Assembly (NCBI GenBank): GCA_003344405.1
Contig: NOWV01000169.1
Location: 124,001 to 170,449 of the forward strand
From: Trichoplax sp. H2
Taxonomy: Eukaryota
Length of the DNA stretch: 46,449 nucleotides
Direction of reading: 5' to 3'
Under the pieces are notes generated by a model. The model ran no database searches, was not told where the DNA came from, and saw only the letters and a program-made list of their open reading frames with translations. Below are positions 35,038 through 46,449 of the stretch, piece by piece (the stretch's first letter is position 1; each line of letters opens with the position of its first letter). The position numbers and the translations under genes are program-made.

Positions 35038-38000
35038 ATGGAAGGAGATGCACAGCTACAATCCACTTCGTCATACAGAGATGGAGAATTTGTTGTTTAT
35101 ACCCGGAGATGGTTTATGTTACTTGTCATCTGTTTGGCAAATGTTGGCAATGCAATGGTATTGTTGTAAATTATTTTATTTTAATAGTTATAAGCTGCGA
35201 ATTATTACAGTTATTACCGAAATACCATGGTACGGAGATGGATGATTTTACACCAATTCGTATTGCAGTATACTGTACTGTATTGCTTTGATATTAGCTT
35301 AATTTTTCGTATTACAGTTTACGACCATCAAATTGTAAATTAGTAAAATATCAATCCACTATTATGGGTAAAATACAGAGCATTTGATAATAATGTAAAG
35401 ACTACAGTAATTATAATAATTAATTATTCTAATGATAAACACAGGTACTGTAGTCTTTAGGAACCGTCAGAGAATACTTAAAAAAACGTTATTTCAGTTC
35501 TGTAATTATAAATAAGATACGTACTCGTATTTAGCACGGGCCTGTACGGCGAGTGACCAACATCAATATCGATCATGAATAGACTAAAATACTATATTTC
35601 GTGTGTTCAACCATGCTGAAGAGTACCGTACTTGCATATTGCAAAACCTAAAATATTATTATGGTAATTATTAGCTTACAGTTAGATAGAATAAATTGAT
35701 CAATAACTGCTAACGCGTAATTAACGCGATTAACCCTTTTGATAACAGTGACTACTGTGCATTGATTAAGATAGAATACTTTAGAATGCAGTGTAATAGT
35801 GTAAGGGCTACTAGTAGTCCTTAAATAATATCACTGGGCTAACTTTATTAATGTGGGTACTAGAGATGCTAGAGGAAGAGACTGGACATACGAGTATCTT
35901 TGATTAAAAGATTCCGATAATTTCTTTAAAGAGTACACGTACTAGCCATACTGTATATCTGTAATTATATACAATTTTTAGTAGCCCTTGTACGTATAAT
36001 AAAAGTAGGCATAATTGTAGTTATATTAATTCGGGATTATTTACTGAATTATCCGCTTCAGAATAATTCGTCGACGACTAGCCAATTCTCACTCATGACT
36101 CAGTAATCGATACCTTACTACTTCAAGTAACTGCCTTCTTGCAGATTATACCTAGTAATAAATTCTATTCTTTATTGAAAGAAGTGAAAAGCTTAAGTAC
36201 TATACGTTCGGATACACTAGTTTATATTGCTATTAAAGAAATAATAAAACCATATTATATCAGCTACAGGAAACGTCAAAATTGGAAAGTGTAAGCATGT
36301 AACCATCTGATAATTAATAGCGAATAAAGATTGCAGACAAGGAGTTCTCTATCTTCATAAAATGGTTAATTATAATTATAGAGTATAATATTGTTGATTA
36401 AAACATCTCTAATTCTCTTTTATCATAATATTATAATTACAACTATGCAGATAAAAATAATGTAGATAACTGTACTCAGCAAAGAAATTTTAAAGAAATT
36501 CGATAGCATATTATCGAGGCCATATTTGAATTTACTGGTATCAAACATTATTCATTCAGGTACTTAGTAGTAATTGCACCCGGATTTAACTATAATTATG
36601 AACAGCATACCCGGGGCACAAATTTTTACATTTGCAATCCCTAATTCAAAGTCAGGCACAGCTACACTAATATTACAACATATTAATCTGGAAAGGCCAT
36701 GATATTATGGCCTAGGCTAAGTATACTAGTAGCATATCATAGTATTACGGCGCGATTTACATACTCTGACATTAACGGATGATTTATTGAAAATTCTGGT
36801 CTCGTATGAAAGCGGCACCATTTAACGTTAAAATTGATTAGCTGTGATTACATATTAATTTTAAGGTTCGAAGATTTATGAACTTTATTTACTGAATTAA
36901 ACACTGTATATATTTCACTTAGATGTGGATATCTTTTGCATCAGTAGCCGATGTTACCGCAGAATTTTACGATGTCACCTCCTTTCAAGTTGATTTCCTA
37001 TCTTTGACCTACATGATTGCATTCCTGGTAATCGGTTTATTTTCGTCCTGGCTTATAGATACATGGGGCCTACGGATAGGTGTAAGATACGAATGATTAT
37101 TTACGGTAGTAGGGTCAGTAGTTTCTCCTTGGTAAAGATATATAAAAGGAACGTGAACAATAATTTATCAGGATCGTTCCTGCTACAGATTGGTGATACC
37201 ATATGATCTTAACGGATCATGTTTCTAGTCAACTGGACAGATGTTTATTTTAACAGAGTATTAGCTCATCTCTATTGATAAACGTAGAGCAATTATTTTT
37301 TCCTAACAATGATTTGTTTCTGTTATAGGTTTTATTCAGTGTTTATGTCACTTTAATTGGCGCAGTAATCAGAATCTTGAGTGGACTCTCTTTTGTAAAT
37401 AAGAGATACAAATATTCTGTAGTTATGATAGGACAAACCTTAGGTGCAATTGCTCAACCATTCTTGTTGGAATCACCAACAAAACTAGCGGCATTGTGGT
37501 TTCCTGGCAATCAACGAGCTATCGCTAACACTCTAAGTACAATGTGTATGTGAAAGTAAATCATTTGCTATCGTATGTTAAAGAAATCACATAAAGAATT
37601 AGTTGCTTCTTTAAGGCAATTCTTTATGTTAATATTGTGATGAAATTCGATTGCAAGGTATAAGTGTGGTGGTCGGCTAGTATTTGATAAAGTAGAGCAT
37701 TTTAAAAGTAAAGCACTGTACGTTAAGAAGTTACATGTTGGTCGCCCACGATCACAATTTTAAGTTCATGATACCAGTATCGTTACCGCAGCCTTCACTC
37801 TGTGATAGCTACATTCTAAGATAAATACATTTTAAGAATACAGTAAGTAGCGTTAAATTGCGGCTCAAAATAATAAGATCTAATCTTAATCAAATTAAAT
37901 TTGTATTGCTGCAAACAGCAAACCCCTGCGGAATCCTTCTGGCGAATGCTCTTTCTCCTGTCATAGTTACTAGTACAAATAAGTTACCGTTAATGGTAAG

Positions 38001-39383
38001 TGTAATGCATGCATTTTTCCTGCAATGAGTTCGATGGCTATGAAGCTGTTAGTAACATTAATTTTCATATTTTCTTAGCTTGAACTGTATACGATTATAC
38101 CGGCAATAGCTGTTATTCTAGCTACTTTAGGATTTTGTGAGAATACCCCGCCGAGACCACCTAGCTCATCAGCTGCAGAAGTTGGGGAACCTTTCTTTGA
38201 CGGCTTAAAATTGGTATGATCAGCAATGTATCTCAATTTTGATTTATAAATTTGACTGATCCCTTTAATTCTATTCGTCATGCCTATCGGATTATTTATT
38301 GCAGGTATTCCAGTCTCGATCTTATATTGTTTTATTCATATGTATGGGAGTTGGAATCGGCATATTTAGTGCATTGAGTACCGTTATCGAACAAGTTCTC
38401 TGCGTTCGCGGTTATAGTAATGTATGTCGTGTACGATGAATGCAAGAAGATGTCTGATATATAATAGTTTATACTTTACGAAAGATATATATCGGTATGT
38501 CATAATTCCTTTCGATCCAATTAGGAGTTCTCTGGGCTTTGCGGTGCCCTTATGATTGGATGCGGCTTAATCGGAGCGCTTCTCAGCGGCGTATATGTAG
38601 ATCGAACTAAAAAGTTTATCGAAACCGCGAAGGTCTTGATATGTTGCGCTACCTTCACCTTAATAGCATTTTCTATAGTAAGTGTACCTTCTAATATTTT
38701 ATCAATCCTATTTTGTATTCGCAATATATATTAAATATTTATGCCTCGTATAATGCAAATCTCTTCGGCTATTTATATTTTTTATTGCGCAATTTATATA
38801 ACATTTTGAGGTAGAATTTTCGACAGTTCATGATAATAAGTCTTATTTTATGTCTGTAGATCACCCGATTTCGGGGCTTACCTGCTCCAACTATACTATG
38901 TATATGTCTTTTCGGAGCATTTGCATTTGGACTTCTTCCAGTCGGTCTAGAATTAGCTGTGGAATGTACTTACCCTGTAGCGGAAGCAACGAGTTCTGGT
39001 CTTCTATGGATGTCGGGGTATAATGCATGTTACTATGAATCTTAGTTATTACATCGTAAAAAATTGCTAATCTCGATATAAAAAATGTTCTTTTCCGCTT
39101 AAAGCGTCTAATATGAATATTATTTCTTAGGCAAATTTTTGGAATTATTTGTATCGTATCTTCTCAGGCTGTATCTACGCCACTTCCTGTGGCTGAAATA
39201 CCTTACTCTAACTGCGCTAATAGTACGGCTAATAGAGACAGTGGACCTCTTGATATGACATGGTCATTGCTATTTATGTCCTCATTTGCTGTAATCGCAT
39301 CATGTTTGCTAGTAGTACTTTTTCATACACCTTATAAACGGTTAAATGCTGAAAAAAAATATGGAGAAGAGTATGGTTGTTGA
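35038..39383 (+). CDS. SLC49A3: MFS transporter SLC49A3/MFSD7 (FLVCR family), multi-exon; exon 1 35038-35157, exon 2 from 36923
   Basis: Spliced VYTRRWFMLLVICLANVGNAM|MWISFA..., GQTLGAIAQPFLLESPTKLAALWFPGNQRAIANTLSTM|ANPCGILLANALSP, PPRPPSSSAA, GLELAVECTYPVAEATSSG and FHTPYKRLNAE match MFSD7. Confidence 0.92.
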
Positions 39384-42300
39384 TATAATTGATGTACTGT
39401 ATACTAAGATCTTATAAGATCTTATAACTAATATTTCGTTACATGATTTATATGAATTAAAATAACAATTATCATACTTTATTCGCTGAAATTATAATTT
39501 GCACATTCAATACATATTCACATTGGACACTTGCACTATATTAGCCGACTACGCACAACACCCAGAGTCATGTAGTGGTTTTAGAAAACTTAGTTTTATG
39601 TGCCCTATGTCAATTTTAAATATATATAATCTGCATGCCTTTAGACAGCATGATTTCTTTTCATTTACTGAACTTTTAGTTAATTAGTATACGCTTATAC
39701 AATACACTTTTTTTTAACACAATGCCTATATGGCCTTGACATAATGCGTAAATACTTTCGGCTTTAATAGCAGAATTTGTAGTCGTATGCCTGATTCCTT
39801 TCATAAATTGCTTTTTCGGTAAAGGTGCCCGTGCATACAGTACTATCTATTCTATATCAGAAATTTCTTAGCTAGAATTTGAATTGATTTACGTACACGT
39901 ATGATTCTACTGAAGTAGGCGCTGTTTCAGGTTACTCACATGTAGTAGTTAAAACGTACAGACGTTGCCTTGAATTAATTGTATAACAATTGCCTGCGCG
40001 TTTGTTTATTGAATTCTATCTTCATTGTACCATACCTACTACGCGATTACTAGGGTTACTGATATCAATCCGTCAGGATTCAGGTGGTATACTGTACGGA
40101 ATTTTAGTATACGGAATGCATTTGTAATAAAGGTTAATTTTTTAGAATTCTCCTTCAAGCTTTTCTTATTATAATAAGTATTGTAGTCGTAAAAATAACT
40201 TAATTTGGTTTAACCACAGTAAGATTACCTTAGTATCGTAACATATTGTAACCCGACTTCTTTATTCGGGTTAGAAATTAAGAATATTCTATACCATAAC
40301 TTTGATAAGGATATCACGATGTTAGATTGTAATTCATGCGATGTACTTAATTAGTATAATGCTCATGCTTCAATTATGATAAAAAAAACTTGTAACCAAT
40401 TTCGATTACAAAGTACAGTTGAAATAATGATACTTCGTTATTGAATACAGCGTAAACCTAAACATTTCGATCTGGGTTCTAATTTAAGATTGTTAGTCTG
40501 TCTTAGTCTATTTTTTAGTTATATGTTATATACCGTAGAAGAGTACAATTTGTAGATTTAGTAATTTTGGGAATCTGGGGTACAATTTATCTGATCAGAT
40601 GTGTTCAATTGCTAGTTTTGTTTGGAATACTTTAGAATAGTAATTTGATAGTACTGTATGTTACCACCAATTGCTCTGCGTAGCATATAAAAGGTGGCGT
40701 AGTTCAAGTCTTAGCTGAAGATAGAAAGTGAAGATTAGAATCTTCCTGTATTCGGGAGTAAATCGTATTTTACGTTGGTAGTTTGATTGGTTGAGGCAGT
40801 AATTCTGCCCTTATTATCATTTTTAACTAATTTTTATAAGTTGTTTGCTAAATCATAAATAAACTGGTGTTTTCCCCTAATTTTCCTTTAGTTAGAAGTC
40901 AAAAGTTATTAGACTTAAACTTTTACGTTCATTTTATTACTCATTTCTGTACTGTACTTCGTATCTCATAGATTAATGTTACGAAATGTTCATATATGAT
41001 ATTTAGTATAGACAAATAGAGTATATTATATTGTATTACAAGCGGATTATCCTAGTTACTATACTGTACTGTACAGCAAAATAATAATTCTTTTTAATTA
41101 TCACGGCACATGCGTATAGTGTCTGTAGTACAGTATAATATGTACTGTATGATACTTAATTGTAGATATCTTGGCCAACTGCGTTAGTGTACAGAACTGT
41201 ACAGTACTGTACTGTACATTGGATCCCTCAACTGTACAGTACATATATATATCAATAGCTTTCTATCATACTGCGTTGATATAAAATAACATAACATAGG
41301 AAGCCCTAAAAGTTATTCAGTTGTTATAAATTTTCCTGAGGTCGCTGGAAGTAGAGTAAAAAGCTAACCCTTAAATATCAGACAGTCGGAGCTATATCGC
41401 TCTGATCCTACGTAATAATCTTCTTGGCAAGTGCCCAGAAGTATTACACTGTCTATTTAATTAATTAAATGATACTGAATTTGAACGAACGTGTTACGTA
41501 TTGCTAGCGCCTGCTACCATCTTATTTTATGACACCTTGTATTCTTATCAGTTACTGTATGGTAGTACTGTAGTTCTGTTACGTATCGGATATTATTGTT
41601 TGGAGCATTGATTCCGGTGTATAAAGAGGTTGGAAGAATTAATAAAGGTAGATATTCTCGTGGAAAGATAGCTGCTAGTCTCACTCCAGTTATCTGAGTT
41701 ACAACCTTTTACACCCTACAAATCTAACTAACGCAATGCACGTGCTACCGTATATTAACTTCCTTCACCTGGGTTACTATGGCACGGTGATGTACTATTC
41801 AAGTACTAGTGGGTTCGACTAGTATACTGTAATTACTCAGTCATTTACATTGGTACATCAGGCACGTACACCTCTTCAAGTTCTATACATGAATAGTGTA
41901 CACATACTCTACGTGATTGCGATTACAAAAATACTACATTATGGTGTTACTACAGACAGTCACTTACTAGAAGCTTATAACCGCTTCTCCTTTCCATAAT
42001 TATGTTTATTACAGTTATAAAAAGACTGTTAACTGTAAACACTTATGGGTAAGACCACTTAATAGGCGAAGGGATTCCATGTCGGTATTTTATTATTATG
42101 AAAAGACTGCTTTCAATCAAACAAAGTATAAACCGAAACATTCAAAGTTCTATAAATAGCTAGAGCAAGTTATAAAATAAATCAAGTCAATTGTGAATCA
42201 TTGTAACAATACAAATGTCATGTACTGCCGAATGCATCGATTTCGAAGTACGCGTATGGTATAAGCACAAATAGCTACGTATTATAATTACAAATACGAT

Positions 42301-42442
42301 AAAAGTGATTGGTTTCTTTCATGTTTTCGTTCTAGGTTTCCGGCGAGAATACAAGTTTATATAAGCTTTTGTTGTCAACAGTTGTAAGCCCTTCACGAAT
42401 TTGAACAACCTGTAATTCATCAAGAAACGAACGGAGATGGAA

Positions 42443-45400
42443 TTACATGCCACGAGGTCTAGCAGGTCTACCTCGCCCACGACCTGCCATATCCCGTGAA
42501 ATCGGAGGTGGACCGTCCGAACTAGACTTCGGACCTTTGATGGTTTCATCTACAGATAAAATTAAACAGGCAGCTTCCACAGCAGCGGTAATAGCATTAT
42601 TTTTGATGATGGCTGGTTCCCATACACAAGCTTCGAAGTTATCAGTGATATCTTCTCGATTGATATCGACACCATACCAAATACCTCCTACCAGAGCAGA
42701 TTTGTTACTGAATGCATTATATAATAAATATTTCTTTATTGCTAAATTGGTTAAATTACCTTCTGCATGCTTTTGTCTTAATTTATTAAGAATATTAGTA
42801 GCATCGAAGCCAGCATTATCGCATAATTGCCTAGGAATAATTTCTAATGCCATTGCCATCGCACCAATGATTAATTGTTCTTTACCATAAATCGTACGAG
42901 AACATTCCCTCAAATAACGTGAGAGTTCCATTTCGATCGCGCCACCTCCAGCAACAACAGAATCATTCTTCATAGCTCTTCTTACAATCATAATGGCATC
43001 ATGAAGTGATCTCTCCGTTTCTTCCATAAATTGCTGAGCGCCACCACGAATGATAATGGTACATGTCTTAGCCTTCGGGCATCCAGTAAAAATGTTATAC
43101 CTATCGAACGGAGAGAAAAAGAAGAATTTCCCAATTTCCCAAATAGTTCAGATGTCTTGTAATATTTTATCACCAAAAGTTTCGAGAAAATTTGTAACAA
43201 TCCTAACGTACTATAATGCAACATGTATTGAGAATTATCCTTACCTATCACCACCAATCTGCTCCTCTACGAAGAGCTTACAGTTCCCAAGAACATCATC
43301 TTTGAGATCTTGGACAGATGTTTGGATACTACCTCCACAGGCCTTTAACGTTCTCTTCATATCTTCCTCTTGCACCCGACCAGCGCAAAATATATCACTA
43401 ACAATAGATAAATTAAGTAAGCCATTCTCAATTAAAGATTAGTTAAACAAGTTATTATAATATTAGCCATAAATTAAAATAACGAACCGATCAGCAAAGT
43501 ATTGAGTAGCAACATCGCCAATAGGCAATTTTGACAACACAACTTTAGCTCCACTTTCCACGATCTTTTCTAATTTGTCATATAATATTTTCCATTCTGC
43601 ATCAACTACTGCTTGGTACTCCTATATATATTAATTCCGATATAAATAACGAGCGATCGAAAAATTAAACCAGAAAATTCTTGCGTTACAACACCTTAAC
43701 GTTATCGATCCTAACTTCTGCGTTTTCCTTTTCTGCTTTTAATTCTAATTCTACATTTAAAAGTACAATCTTTGGATTTTGGTATCTTTTTGGCTGCATT
43801 TCAAAACCAGCATAAGAAAAAGTCTTCTTAAATGCAACACCAGCCACCAAGCGAGAATCCTGTAGGCCGCCTCCTGCTACTTTTTTCATGCCAATCATAT
43901 CTAGTGGCAATAAATCATCCAGCATAGTAACAGCGTCTACTACTATTTTCGCGAAAAAGTCCTTTTGTGAAGAAATTAACTTAGAGCTCATAGCAGTCAT
44001 TGCACATTTTTCAAGCAGCTTTCTCTGCTCACTAAAAACAGAGCAAATAAACGCTAAAGGTTATATGCTAACAGATCTGTTGTTGAAAATGTATAATTCA
44101 AAATAATTGATTTAGCTACCTCGCATCTTCACTTTTAACGTGAACTGCCATATCCTGAATTTTTCTTAGAGCCTGTTTGTACCAGAAAAATACTTAAACT
44201 TTGAATAGCAGCAATCAATAATCTTTAGATGAGTACAAACTTCACGGCAAATATATTATTAAGAGATTGTGATAATTACCAGTTCAGCTCCACGTCGTAA
44301 GCTTTTAATTATAATACGAGGATGAACGCCATCTTCAACGAAGAGCTTTACTTGTTTCATAAATTCAGTAGCGAGTAAAACTACCGTAGTCGTTCCATCG
44401 CCAACCTGCATAGAGATAAATGATATTAGTTATCTCTTGGATCTATATCGAAAATTAGCATTAGAAAGACGTGCAAACTTGTTACAAAATTTTAAAAACA
44501 ATTTTAGTTGCCTAAATTAATGTGAGTTACCTCACGATAGTTTAGATAAAAAGAACATTTGCTATCGAGTTTCACTTATTGCATTATATATTTAGTTATC
44601 AGATTAGATTTCAGTAATATTAGACTACTTTAATAAATGGTCAAAACATTTTAATAATATTATTGCTCCCATAAGTATGACTGGTGTGTCTCTACTGCCA
44701 TGCTTTACTGCAACTTACTTGCCACTCACTGCCAGACTCCTAAAAGTTACTGGCAGTAGCAGCCCCCTTATTTTACTGTCAGTAAGATACTAAATATGAC
44801 TAAATAAGCTGGAGAGCTTTGATTTGTGGTGTTGGAAGGAATCCATAGTTATTGCTACAGGAAGGTATTCAGACTAAGACAATTGCTCCTCCCGGACAAC
44901 TGCCAAAAATTAAGTTATAACATTGGATTATGTTACTTGCAAGGAATTTTATTTTGTTATCTATGAATCCATATAAAATTTTATTCAAGTGGATTGCATA
45001 AGCATCCTCTAATTCCTTTGTCTTATAAATCTTTAAGAAATATAAGGCTTAACTTAATACAACTATGTCAGTCCTAAGCTATATCAATTGAAGGATAATG
45101 CTGCAGAAACCGGGTTAATATAGATTCGTAATGTATTACAATAGTAAATGTCGTTTAGGAATACACATGCTGCAAAGATATTAACTGGCAGCCGCGCCAT
45201 TTTGCACTATATAATTATATACTGGCTGATTAGAAAGGGTTTCAGGGGTGATACGATTCAGACAATGATAATTCAGTCTCTGTTGTTTACCTCTGCGTCC
45301 TGAGATTGTGCAATATCAACTAAAATCTTTGCTGCCGGATGGACGATTTCCAACCTCTTCATAATAGTTGCCCCATCGTTTGAAATTGTAGTTCGACCTG

Positions 45401-46342
45401 TAAATAAAAAGAATAACAAAGGATAAGGCTTATTAAGGAATGTTACGCAGTGTAGTAAAGCTTTTTACGAAAATTAATCATAATTTGCGCATTAAATTAT
45501 GAATCGACTAATGTACAAGCAAAATGCAAAACTTATCGTAGCTAATTTACAGTTCAAGCATATAAAGTAAAAATTTATTCTATTTCTGTGCTCATTAATA
45601 ATAATAAAGCAGGTTCAATGAAATTGATCCGAAGGTTCGCACTACTGTCAATAATCCTATCATTAACAACAATTAATCGATTACATAGATAAATTAATTC
45701 ATCAATTCTCAACTTAGCCTAAAGTTAACTGCGATTAGCAATCGTTCTTCTATTCTGAATAAACGAAACAGCATCATGATCCATATATCATGTTACAACA
45801 TACTGCTATTCGAATGCACGGCACTAACATCTTCATTTAGTATTTCAGCAGATTACAGATCCGAAATTTACTATCATTGGCAGCAGCCTACGGTTATTTC
45901 AGTATTCGCATATGAAACAGTGCAGTCATTCTATTTCATATACTGTAATTACTCGGATAAAATTAACGAATAATAGTTCACTATTACAGCTTTTCAACTA
46001 TTCTAAAATACCTGTACTGTCAACAATCAGCTTATCCATACCACGCGGTCCGAGAGTAGTTTGAACAGCGTCTGCAATGAGTTGGCAAGCATTAATGTTA
46101 CTTATCAGTTGCGGTTTTCCTTGGGAAGTATCAGTTCCATCTTTTAACAGAATGATTTGTGGCTGCTGTAAAACGTTTGCGATGCCCGTTAAGTATTCGA
46201 TAAATTATTAATAAAATAATACAAAATTTCATATCAAATCCCTGGATTAAACTGTAACTCTATCTCAATCGTATTATAGCATATCGATGCAGAGAAAAAA
46301 TGGTAGATGACATAAGATTTAATCCTGATTATAACCTACCAT
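42443..46342 (-). CDS. CCT7: T-complex protein 1 subunit eta; first coding exon is the ATG alone (46342-46340)
   Basis: [87 protein letters not shown] and the C-terminal GRGRGRP are diagnostic of the eta subunit. Confidence 0.97.
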
Positions 46343-46449
46343 TAAGGAGGCCATATTCGATTTGCTTGTAGCCTGTGTACAGTAAGTTATCTCACAACTA
46401 TCGTTGGCTTTCCTCTACTTTATGGCCCGGCCCGCGCACGCACGCACCG

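Noticed and set aside
39400-42300. Hidden gene between SLC49A3 and CCT7 (TATAAAAG near 40686; 8-bp hairpin ~40249-40273)
   Set aside because: No convincing ORF, exon chain or RNA fold found by eye.
42688-42759. Apparent 24-aa insertion in CCT7 ([23 protein letters not shown])
   Set aside because: It is a 72-nt in-frame, stop-free GT-AG intron; removing it restores [12 protein letters not shown].

Overview
AT-rich, gene-dense animal genomic DNA with many short GT-AG introns, CpG not depleted overall, and a pervasive CAGTA/TACTG pentamer. This profile suggests a placozoan (Trichoplax-like), which is an inference. Seven conserved genes can be rebuilt by splicing: FANCI (3' end only), BCCIP, NOC3L, ADISSP/C20orf27, a CNNM metal transporter, LDB (LIM-domain-binding/Chip) and SLC49A3/MFSD7. 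An eighth, CCT7, closes the window. Between CNNM and LDB lies a cluster of three related two-exon, TATA-driven genes for predicted secreted proteins. Two are head-to-head and encode signal peptide + single kringle + Thr-rich tail; the third lacks the kringle and is Tyr/Lys/His-rich. This cluster is the best candidate for an undescribed system, possibly an adhesive or extracellular-coat locus. The three divergent housekeeping promoters are packed with the TACTGTACAGTA palindromic repeat, and whole 5-bp units differ between two near-identical copies of a 1.1-kb block. The LDB intron holds two N-gaps with duplicated flanks, probably a haplotype/assembly artefact. Most short ORFs in the supplied track are spurious.
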